Shown here piece after piece: positions 48,904-64,000 of a DNA stretch of 64,000 nt. The first letter of the stretch is position 1; each line of letters begins with the position of its first letter. A program made the position numbers and the translations under genes. This DNA comes from the human T2T-CHM13v2.0 reference genome, Homo sapiens, in the NCBI RefSeq assembly GCF_009914755.1, contig NC_060943.1. One strand, given 5' to 3'. The notes under the pieces were generated by a model. The model was not told the DNA's origin. It saw only the letters and a program-made list of their open reading frames with translations, and ran no database searches.

Positions 48904-49408
48904 TGATCTGCCCACTTCAGCCTCCCAAAGTGCTAGGATTACAGGCGTGAGCCACCGAACCTGGCCTGTACTCCAATATTTTAAACATAATAACAGAAAG
49001 TGAGAATCCCCCTTTACCCCGAGACCCCAGATATAATCCGCAAGTAGGTGTGGAAAGCACCTCCAAGTATTCCAGCCCATCGCGGGCGTTAACTGATTTC
49101 ACCACTTCCAGGCTAACTGGGGATCCAGGGCCCTGCCCCACAGAACAGAGATCCAGTTTCTCCAACAAAGCAATGGCAAGAATAAAAGGGGAAAGGGACT
49201 GGTTATGGCTTAGAGGTCAGCAAACCTCCTCTGTAAAAGGCCAGATCGTAAATATTTTAGGCTTTCTGGGTCATATGGTCTCTGTCTCAATTACTCAATT
49301 TCACGCTTGAAGCACTGTTTATACCCTTTTCTGTATTGAGACAGCCTGTAATCACAGACGTGTGATTACCATAAAAATAGCAACCATAGACAATGCATCA
49401 ACAAATAG

Positions 49409-49847
<439 letters not shown>

Positions 49848-51122
49848 TTAATTAGGCAGGTGTGGTGGAGTACACCTGGCATCCCAGCTACTTGGGAGGC
49901 TGAGGTGGGAGGATCACTTGAGCCCAGGAGTTGGAGGCTGCTTTGAGTTATGATCGTGCCACTGCACTCCAGCCTGAGCACCAGAGAGAGACCTTGCCTC
50001 AAAAAAAAAAAAAAAATTTAAAAAATAAATGGTTGGGAGGTTGAGGCGGGTGGATCACCTGAGGTCAGGAATTCCAGACCAGCCTGGCTAACATAGTGAA
50101 ACCCCATCTCTACTAAAGATACAAAAATTAGCCAGGCCCCGTGGTGGTGGGTGCCTGTAATCCCAGCTACTCAGGAGGCTGAGGCAAGAGAATCACTTGA
50201 ACTGGGGAGGCGGAGGTGGCAATGAGCCGAAATCACGCCATTGCACTCCAGCCTGGGCGACAAGAGCAAGACTCCGTGTAAAAAAAAAATTCTTTTAAAA
50301 GGGTATAGCTGTGTCTCAGAAAAACTTCATTTATAGATACAAATTTGAATTTCATATAAATTTCCCATGTCATATTATTTTTTTTCAACCACTTAAAAAT
50401 GTAAAAACCAACCAGGTGCCGTGGCTCATGCCTGTAATCCCAGCACTTTGGGAGGCTGAGGCAGGCCGACTGCTTGAGCCCAGGAGTTCAAGACCAGCCT
50501 GGGCAATATAGTGAGACCTCATCTCTACAAAAAATAAAAATAAAAAATTAGCCAGTGTGCTGGCTTATACTAGTAGTCCCAGCTACTTGAAAGGCTGAGG
50601 CAGCAGAATCACTTGAGCCCAGGTGTCTGAGGCTACAGGGAGCTTTAAACTTATTTTGTAGAGTTGGGGTCTCACTATGTTGCCCAGGCTGGTCTCTAAC
50701 CCCTGGGCTCAAGCAATCCTCCCTCCTCAGCCTCCTAAAGTGGTGGGATCACACCACTGTACTCCAGCCTGGGTGAAAGAGTGAGGCTCTGTCTCTATTA
50801 TTTAAAAAACGACGACGACAACAAAACAGCTGGAGTTGCATAGTGAAGTGTTTACAGACAAAAGGTTTCGATGTCAAGGGTTTGCTCTCAATGCTCTAGG
50901 AAAAAAAGGAAAAGTATTTTGGGGGAATAGATGATTCAAGATTGAAAAAATGTTGAGACCTAATTAAGCTGAATAATGTTTTATCAAAGTCTATTATACA
51001 TTCCTTTCTACTTGTGAATGTATTTGAACTTTTCTTAGATGGAGTTTCACTCTTCTTACCCAGGCCGGAGTGCAATGGTGCGATCTCAGCTCACACAACC
51101 TCCGCCTCCTGGGTTCAAGTGA

Positions 51123-51461
<339 letters not shown>

Positions 51462-52011
51462 TGAGACTATAGGTGTGAGCCACCATGCTTAGCTAATTTT
51501 TGCATTTTTTTGTAGAGACAGGGTTTACCATGTTGACCAGGCTGGTCTCAAAGTCCTGGGCTTCAGCGATCTACCCACCTTGCCCTCCCAATGTGCTGAG
51601 AGTATTTGAACATTTTTATCACAAAAAGTTATTATTTTCTTCCTTTTTTGAGACAGGGTCTCGCTATATTGCCCAAGCTGGTCTCAAATTCTTGGCCTGA
51701 AGCAATCCTCCTAATTCAGTCTCCAGAGTAGCTGGGATTACAAGCACATGCCACCATTCCTGGCCAAAGTTATTTTTTTAAAAAAGTGTAGGCCGGGACT
51801 ATAAAAACCAACCAGGTGCAGTGACTCCATCTCAAAAAAAAAAAGTGTTAAGAACATCTGTGAATCAAGCTGGCAGATTTCTTGCCTCATGTGTCCAAAG
51901 AAATATATGTAAAAATGACTGCTGCAGCTGCATTTGTCAGAGGAAAAGGCTAGAAATAATCTCCATGGCTGTCAACAGAGGAAAAGGTTAAGGAAACACG
52001 AAATGGAATAG

Positions 52012-52245
<234 letters not shown>

Positions 52246-52652
52246 TAGTAGAGATGGAGTTTCACAGTGTTAGCCAGGATGTTCTTGATCTCCTGACCTC
52301 ATGATCCGCCCTCTTCGGCCTCCCAAAGTGCTGGGATTACAAGCGTGAGCCACTGCGCCCGGCAGAGAAATATTTCTAGGATATATTATTTAGTAGAAAA
52401 GTTCAAAGTGCAGGAAAGGGTATATACAGTAGGGAACATGTGTGTAAAACAAAAAAGTAGCCAATGTGTTGTCAATGCCTGTGGGTGCTCAGCATATTTC
52501 TGGAAAGAGATACAAGAATCAGAGAAGCTGGGAGACCAGAACTGCAGGTGGGGAGTGGGTTATTGCCTTAGTCTCTTCCTGTGCCTTCTGAATTTTGCAC
52601 ATAGGGTGCTGGCTTGGATGGGGCTTATGGGAAAGCTGGGGTTAAAAACTGA

Positions 52653-52859
<207 letters not shown>

Positions 52860-53762
52860 TAGTAGAGACGGGGTTTTGCCATGTTGGCCAGGCTGGTCTA
52901 GAACTCCTGGCCTCAGGTGATCTGCCTGTCTCAGCCTCCCAAAGTGCTGGGATTTCAGGCATGAGCCACCACGCCCGGCCACAAATAAAGTTTTATTGGC
53001 AAACAGTCACACCCATTCATTTATGCATTGTCTGTGGCTGCTGTCATGCAGAGTTGGGTAGTTGCCATAGAGACTGTATGGCCAAAAATATTTACTATCT
53101 GGCCCTTTAAGAAAAGGTTTGCTGACTCCTGGACTAAAGAAAGCAGTCGTATCCACTATTTTGCTAGAACAAAACAGCCAGGCACGGTGGCTCACGCCTG
53201 TAATCCCAACACTTCGGGAGGCTGAGGCAGGTGGATCACCTGTCAGGGGTTCAAGACCAGCCTGGCCAACATGGCAAAACCCCATCTCTACTGAAAATAC
53301 AAAAATGAGTCAGGCATGCTGCGCACACCTGTAATCCTGGATACTCAGGAGGCTGAGGAAGGAGAATCACTTGAATGCAGGAGGTAGAGGTTGCAGTGAG
53401 CCAAGATCGCACCACTGCACTCTAGCCTGGGCAACAGAGGGAGACTCCATCTCAAACAAAAACAAAAACAAACCATAAAGAACATCCCCTTGGGCTGGTG
53501 TGGTGGCTCATGCCTGCAATCCTAGCACTTTGGGAGGCTGAGGAGGGAGGATCACTTAAGGTCAGGAGTTCGAGGCCAGCCTGGGAAACATAGCGAGACC
53601 CTATCTCCACGCAAAATTAAAAAAAAAGGCCAGGCATGGTGCCTCACGCTTGTAATCCCAGCACTTTGGGAGGCCAAGGCGGGCAGATCACGAGGTCAGG
53701 AGATGGAGACCATCCTGGCTAACATGGTGAAACCCCATCTTTACTAAAAATATAAAAAATTA

Positions 53763-53969
<207 letters not shown>

Positions 53970-54431
53970 TCAGCCTGGGCGACAGAGCGAGACTCCGTCT
54001 CAAAAAAATAAAAAATAAAAAAATAAAGAACATCCCCATCCTTTTCCATGGCTGCATAGTATTCCACCATGTGAATATACTTTATGTCCACTTGGTTCTC
54101 CAACTGTGAGACACCTGGGGGGGATCTGTAGGTTTCACTCCTACTAATACTACTACTACACTCCACACACCATATCCCACATGGGTGAGGATATCTCTAG
54201 GATCAATTTCCAGAAATGGTTTTGCTGGGTTCCCAGGGGATAGGCAGTGGGGCAGTGGGAGTTCCTGCGCGTGGATCCCCTGCAATTAGACGGGACATGT
54301 GGCATACACATGGGTATCTTCCTGGGCAGATCCTCAAAGGATCAGTGACTGGGTTGGACCCTGAATCAGAGGATGGGGATGAGGGTTTGGTTCTGGGAGA
54401 CCAGGGCCTGTGGCCCAGGCTGGGCACTAAC

Positions 54432-54556
54432 CAAGGTCGTCGGCGAGCCTCCGGCCATCCTCAGCAGGCACAACACGTTCGTCCTCCAGGTCACACTTGT
54501 TCCCCACCAGGATGACCTGGGCGTTGTCCCAGGAGTAGGTCTTGATTTGCGTGGCC
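54432..54556 (-). CDS. RAB3D: RAB3D coding exon 3 ([22 protein letters not shown]...LADDL)
   Basis: GCAG acceptor, G|GTTAGT donor, 125 nt, G4 motif NKCD. Confidence 0.97.
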
Positions 54557-54649
54557 CTGCAGAGTTACCAGTGGTGAGCCATGAGCCGGGGGGGTTAGGG
54601 GTCAGAGGAGAGGGCAAAGATCAGGGGTCCATGATCAGCAAGCACTCAC

Positions 54650-54768
54650 CAGTCCTGCACAGCGGCAAAGGATTCCTGATTGGCGATGTCATACATGAGC
54701 AGGAAGCCCATGGCTCCCCGGTAGTAGGCCGTGGTGATGGTGCGGTAGCGCTCCTGGCCCGCTGTGTC
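54650..54768 (-). CDS. RAB3D: RAB3D coding exon 2 ([22 protein letters not shown]...)
   Basis: CCAG acceptor, TG|GTGAGT donor, 119 nt, G3 motif DTAGQE; followed by a 93-nt intron. Confidence 0.97.
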
Positions 54769-55618
54769 CTGGACAAATGGCAGTGGCAGTTGGCTGGGAA
54801 CTACCTGTTTCCCAGTCCACCCCTGTCTGAGAGGGGCACTGCCCTGTACTCATAGCCCCAGCCTTACGGGGGAGACACAGACTTGCTTGTACAACCTCTG
54901 GTCTGATGGAGAATACACAGATCCTGCCCTCACAACCCCAGTCTGATGGGGGAGGCATGGATTCATTACCAAGGGATCTCCCCAGTCTGATGAGGGAGAG
55001 ACTTGGGCTTGCCCTTGAGGGGTTCCAAGTCTCAGGGGTCAGTGGCCTCTCACAGACTTATGAGCCCCTTTGACCTTGTCTCTAAGAACCAACTGGGCCA
55101 GATGGTACCATCCTGACAGGACACCTTGGTACTCTTGCTACCACGATGATTGTTACCAGCGGCTAAGTTGGGAGAGGGAGCTAGGTGTGACTCTGCAGAC
55201 CAGGTCGGTCCAATGGGGGTCCCAGGGTCCCCTCTAAGATGGTACCCAAAACTCTTCCCCGTTGGTCACCAGCACCTGGGACCTTTCTTTTTTCTTTCTT
55301 TCTTTTTTTAATAGATGGGGTCTTGCCCTGTCACCCATGCTGGAATGCAGTGGTGCAATCATAGCTCACTGCAGCCTCGAACTCCTGGGCTCAAGCAATC
55401 CTCTTGCCTCAGCCTCCTGAATAGCTGAGACTACAGGCGGGAGCTACCATGCTGGGCTAATGTTTAAAGTTTTTTTTAGAGATGAGATCTCGCTATGTTG
55501 TCCAGGCTGGTCTGGAACCGCTGGGCTCAAGTGATGCTCCACCTCAGCCTCCCAAAGTGTTGGGATTACAGGCATAAGCCACCACGCTAGTGTCACAAGT
55601 ACTTCAAACATGTCTTAG

Positions 55619-56152
<534 letters not shown>

Positions 56153-56156
56153 CTAC

Positions 56157-56384
56157 CCAGATCTGCAGCTTGATCCTCTTGTCATGGCGGTAGACGGTCT
56201 TGACCTTGAAATCGATGCCCACAGTACTGACGAAGGCGGGAGTGAAGGAGTCGTCCGCGTATCGGAACAGGAAGGAAGTCTTGCCCACACTGCTGTTGCC
56301 TATCAGTAGCAGTTTGAACATATAGTCGAAGTTCTGATCTGCTGCATCCCGTGGGCCTGCCTGGGTGTCTCCAGCTGATGCCAT
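56157..56384 (-). CDS. RAB3D: RAB3D coding exon 1 ([10 protein letters not shown]...GNSSVGKT...KLQIW); the exon begins at 56445
   Basis: P-loop GNSSVGKT, effector region FVSTVGIDF, Kozak AAGATGG, donor TGG|GTAGGC, acceptor CCCCTGCAG at 56446. Confidence 0.97.
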
Positions 56385-56638
56385 CTTGGCACAAGCCTCC
56401 TGGGACAGGGAGACCTGAAATCCTCAGGGAGAGGAGACGGGCGTCCTGCAGGGGAATCAAACATCAAGAACAGCTCCTGTGAATGCACCAGGCCTGGATT
56501 CAAATCTCAGCTCGGTCACTCGGAGACCAAGTGATGCTGGATGCATCGCTTGCCCCCTCTAGACCTCAGTGTCCTCTTCTAAAAAATGGGATGTTTGTCA
56601 CAGTCCCTTCCTGAAAGAGTAGTTGGTTGTGAGCCTAA

Positions 56639-56839
<201 letters not shown>

Positions 56840-58179
56840 TAGAGATGGGGTCTCATTATGTTGCCCATGCTGGTTTCAAACTCCTCTGCTCAAGCAATCC
56901 TCCTGCCTCAGCCTTCCAATGTGCTAGGATTACAGGCATGAGCCACCACGCCCGACCTAAAATGTGTTTCTTTATTCATTCAACAAATGCTTACTCTCTG
57001 CCGGGCCCTGTTCTCTGTGGAAATGCAGCTGTGAATAGGACAAGAAAAAGTCCATCCTCGGGTGGTCACGTTCCTTCCAGTGGGAAGGTATTAACACACG
57101 TAACGGTCATTAGACAGTGCCTGGTATAGAGCTGGGGCACAAAAAATGTGACTGCTGTTTAATCTTCACACCCTGTGGCGTAACTGAGTCTGTATTGGGG
57201 TGGAGGGTGGGGAGACCTTTCCTATCTGGAAACCCAGAGGCCTAGCAAAGGGTTCAAGTGCAAGGCCGAGGGTAAGGGGCTCTGGCCCCTGCAGAACTAG
57301 ATTCTGGAGAAGGCACAGGTGTGGACTTCGCCCCAGCGTGTGCAGCCGGTGTGGCCCAGGTGTAAGCTGGGGTGGGGTGGGGGGAGGACCTGCCAGCTGG
57401 ATAAGCTGGATAGAGCCCCTGATTAAGGCTTGGGTGTTGACTTTGGCAGGTGTCAGCCACTGGGGCGCCTGCCGCCCACCAACTCATGCCAAATACAACC
57501 CCTTCTCTGAGTTCCAAGGGGAAGGGGTTTTCTATGTACAGGGCCCAGGTTTAGAGTCCAGTTCTACCCCCTAAATGGGTACTGCTATTTTCTATTTGTC
57601 AAAGGGGCCAGGCCTGTCTCCTTCTGCCCAAGGCTGACTCACTCCAGCCCCAGTCCACGGAGGCAGGAGTGAGAGTCCTTATACCCAAGGAAACGATCCC
57701 AGCCACTTAATTAACACAACCCCACCACCACGACCACTGCCGCCCACCCTTGGTCTTTCCAGGCAATCTGTCCCACGGCTAGGCTCCTTGAATCTGCCCA
57801 CACTCCAACATGCTGCTTCATCCGAGTCCAAGGTGCTCCCTCAACCCTCATAACCTCTCCCAGGCCTCAGTTTCCCCAGCTGTCTATGGCCGCTGCGGGA
57901 ACCGCACGGAGAGGCTGCAGAAGGCCTGGATGCAGGCGGGGCAGAGGCAGAGACAGCCCTGGCACAGCTATTTCTCAACTGCCTTTGGGGCTTTTTTCCA
58001 TTTTAAACCAGGACCCAACCGGCCCCACCCCGTGTTCCAGGAGAACGAGTTTAAGGAGGGGAAGAGAAGAGGCAGGAAACCTTTCCCCACGCAGGGCAGG
58101 GCCGCAAGGCTGGGGCCCCCACCTCCCCCAGCCTTAGCTCACCTGTGTCAGTCGGTCCCGCCTCTTTCTAACCATCTGC

Positions 58180-58770
58180 CGACCCTCCCTCAAGCCTGGC
58201 CCCGGAGGGCTCGCCTCTGTTCCCCTTCACTAGATTTGGGGCGCCCCAGCCAATGCAGGTGGACTCAGGAGTTTCCCCCATCACCATATGGTCCCAACGC
58301 CTGTCCCCAGCTGGGCTCTCTGCCCCGCCCGCGCCCCATCAGCGCTTCCCAAGTGCCCAGCTGGGTGGGGGCGAGGGCAGAGGCGTTCCCCGCAGCCCCG
58401 CCTTTGTTCCCCAGACCCCCTACCTTCCTCCCAAACCCCCGTACCCCACAGACCTGCTCGGATGCGGAGGGGCCGGGTGGGCTGCGCTCCTTCCCAGGGG
58501 TGACCTCGCGTAGGGGGCGCCGCCTGCAGGGGTTCCGCCTGTGAACTCGCTGCGGCTTGGCCCTGGCCGCGACCCCGACCCCGCAGCCGCAGAAGCCAGC
58601 AGCCTGCAGCCACCCGGATCCCGCGCGGGCTCCGCCCAGAAGGCGGAGGAAGGGCCGTTCCCGGAGCGGGGGATGGGGGAGGACGAAGAGGGGCCGAGTC
58701 TTGGGCGGGGCTTTCAGAGAGCGGGTGGGAGGGGCTGGAAGCTGCACCAAGCGTCTAGAGCCCGTCCTAG
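58180..58770. promoter_or_regulatory. RAB3D: RAB3D CpG-island promoter
   Basis: High CpG/GC content, GC box GGGCGGGG near 58703, and a CTCF-like CGCGTAGGGGGCGC at 58507-58520. Confidence 0.85.
58454..58670 (-). other. RAB3D: Probable non-coding first exon of RAB3D (5' end approximate)
   Basis: Donor CAG|GTCTGT at 58453 inside the CpG island; no ATG seen on the minus strand here. Confidence 0.6.
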
Positions 58771-59097
58771 CCAAGCAACATCTCATTTTCCCAGCTGCTT
58801 GTAAAGAGCTTCTACTATACGCACGGCTGTTAAAAGCATAGAGTCTTGGGCCTGGTTCGAGTCCCAGCTCCACCACTTTCTAGTCTTGTGGCTTTGGACG
58901 CGTTACTTAACCTCTTTGAGCCTCAGTTTCCCCATCCGTCAAGTAGCTCATAGCGAGAGTACCCAACCTCACAGAGTTGTGGGAGGATTCTGATCTGAGT
59001 TAGTGTTTGTCAAGTGCAGTGCCGGCCTTAAAGTAGGCTAGGCCAGGCGCGGTGGCCTGTAATTACAGCAGTTTGGGAGGCCGAGGCAGGAGAATCA

Positions 59098-59961
<864 letters not shown>

Positions 59962-60499
59962 TTAAAAAATAAATGAGGCTGGGCACAGTGTCTGATGCCT
60001 GTAATCCCAGCCCTTTGGGAGGCTGAGGCAGGAGGATTCCTTGAGCTCAGGAGTTCAAGGCCAGCCTAGGCAACATAGAGATCCCAACTCTACAAAAAAT
60101 TTTTTTGAAAATTAGCTGGCCACAAAAAAAAAAAAAAAAAGAAAAAGAAAAAAAGAAAAAAGAAAAAAAAATTAGCTGACCATGGGGGCACATACATGTA
60201 GTCTTAGCTACTCCGGAGGCTGAGGCAGGGGGATTGCTTGAGCCTGGGAGAGAGAGAGGCTTCAGTAGGTTATGACTGTGCCACTGCACTCCAGCCTAGG
60301 TGACAGGGCAAGACTTTATCTCTAAATAAAGAAAGTTAAAGTGGGTTGGATCCCTTTGTGAAATACCCAGGTTTTGCTGGTGTTGGAATCCCAGCAATTC
60401 CACCTTACTCAATTTGCTGAACTTCTCTGAGCCCCCACTGCCTCGTGGGAACAAAAGTAGCTGCCTCAAGAGCTGCCACGTGGATGAATGAGGATGAAG

Positions 60500-60998
<499 letters not shown>

Positions 60999-61041
60999 TC
61001 AAGGCCAGCCTGGCCAGCACAGTGAAACTCCGTCTCTACTA

Positions 61042-61364
<323 letters not shown>

Positions 61365-61769
61365 TTAGCCAGGCATGGTGGCGGATGCCTGTAATCCCAT
61401 CTACTCAGGAGGCTGAGGCAGGAGAATCGCTTGAACCCAGAGGCAGAGGTTGTAGGGAGCTGAGATCGCACCACTGCACTCCAGCCTGGACAACAAGAGT
61501 GAAACTCCGTCTCAAAACAGAACAAAACAAAACAAAACAAAACAAATAATACATGATATGTCAGTGGTTAACAACATGTCTGGTATACAGCAGGTGCTCA
61601 ATAAATGGGCATCATTATAGGAGAGGCTTACAGGATAAAATGGCTGACACTCCAAACCATCATGCTTCATGAATGGGGAAACTGAGGCTCTTGGCTCTAC
61701 CCTTGCCTGCCCCTCCCCCTGCTTCTCATGGGGGAAAAAAAAAAGACAGCAGCCATTTCTGAAGAAGCA

Positions 61770-61775
61770 TTTATT
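61770..61775 (-). terminator. TMEM205: TMEM205 poly(A) signal
   Basis: AATAAA (TTTATT on +) 17 nt after the stop, followed by a U-run on the minus strand. Confidence 0.85.
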
Positions 61776-61792
61776 AGCATGCAGGGCCCATG

Positions 61793-62152
<360 letters not shown>

Positions 62153-62895
62153 CTAGGGAGGGTCTTTCTGCATCCTCAACAGCACAGGGGTGGGGGTGGG
62201 GACAGCACTGGATCAAAAAACCTGCCTCCCCCTCTTTCCTTGAACCCAGACTGAGGGACCCAAAGCAGAACTCCAGCTCTTCTACTCTGAAACTGGCAGC
62301 TCTGAAGGAAAGGCTCCATCCCCACCTCCTCTATCCCCCCGCAAAACCTCCCGAGCCTCTTCTCCTCTGATACTCAGACTGGAAGTCCCCAGAGCAGGAT
62401 CTCTTTCCTCAGTGGCCACAGCCCAGACGCCTGAAGCTGACATTGGACCCACAGAGGGTGAATAAAAAGTCTTTGAGTGGCTGGGCGCAGTGGCTCATGC
62501 CTATAGTCCCAGCACTTTGGGAGGCTGAGGTGAGTGGATCACTTGAGGCCAGGAGTTCAAGGACAGCCTGGGCAACATGGGCAAAACCCCGTCTCTACTA
62601 AAAATACAAAAATTAGCCAGGTGTGGGGGCTGTCCCCCTGTAATCCCAGCTACTCAGGAGGCTGAGGCATGAGGATTGCTTGAACCCGGGAAGGAGAGGT
62701 TGCAGTGAGCCAAGATTGCACCACTGCACTGCAGCCTGGGCGACAGAGCAAGACCCTGTCTCAAAAACAAACAAAACAAAACAAAAAGTCTTTGAAGGCA
62801 GGCATGGTGGCTCATGCCTGTAATCTGTAATCCCGGTGCTTTCAGAGATGGGGGTGGGAGCATCACTTGAAGCCAGGAGTTCAAGACCAGCCTGA

Positions 62896-63157
<262 letters not shown>

Positions 63158-63611
63158 TGATCCACCCACCTCAGCCTCCCAAAGTGCTGGGATTACAGGC
63201 ATGAGCCACTGCGCCCAGCCTATTTTTTTTAATTAGGAAAAATGTTTTTGCCATTCTCACATTGCTATAACACCATCTCTATCTGTTTTAAGTATTTGAA
63301 TACCTTCTGAGCCTGTTTCATTAAAATAAATAAATAAAAGGAAAAAAAAACAGTCTGTGAAGTTCTAGTTACCCATAATCCCCTCCTGTCTGTGAGATTA
63401 TTCTTGAAACACCTGTCAGGTCTCACTTACCCACGTCTATGAAACATAATGCAGGCAAGGGAAGGCCAGAGTAAATAGAGAAATCTGAGATGCAGAGATA
63501 GTTTCTTGCCTTGTGGCCAGAAAAATGTGTGGAAGGGGATAGGAAACCATAAATTCCCAGTCGGGCTGGTTTTTAAACAATAAGCTGGGGTCAATGTGCC
63601 AGCTCAGCTGA

Positions 63612-63998
<387 letters not shown>

Positions 63999-64000
63999 AA

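Noticed and set aside
54373-54855. 160-aa + strand ORF
   Set aside because: Antisense shadow of GC-rich RAB3D coding exons.
57810-58876. Long Pro/Arg/Gly-rich ORFs on both strands
   Set aside because: Stop-codon scarcity in the RAB3D CpG island; no recognisable domain.

Overview
Extremely Alu-dense primate genomic DNA. From the proteins I recognise it as the human TSPAN16-RAB3D-TMEM205 locus (19p13.2). I rebuilt exons from GT-AG junctions and reading frame. TSPAN16 (+): six phase-0 coding exons (15272-31206, 229 codons) and two possible last exons, a unique one at 34775 that completes TM4 (244 aa, own AATAAA) and an antisense-Alu-derived one at 45779 inside RAB3D intron 4 (245 aa, TM4 broken, no nearby poly(A) signal, two strong downstream donors). 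RAB3D (-): complete 219-aa CDS in four exons, CpG-island promoter and a ~3.3 kb 3' UTR. TMEM205 (-): last coding exon only. Other elements: a young 5'-truncated SVA with a perfect 17-bp TSD, several LTR, L1 and MER58 fossils, and microsatellites. Most ORFs in the supplied track are Alu artefacts. There is no prokaryotic-type system. The best candidate for something under-described is a reciprocally interdigitated TSPAN16/RAB3D sense-antisense arrangement: a TSPAN16 Alu exon inside RAB3D, plus a minus-strand terminal-exon signature inside TSPAN16 intron 3. Repeat family names and boundaries are by eye and approximate.
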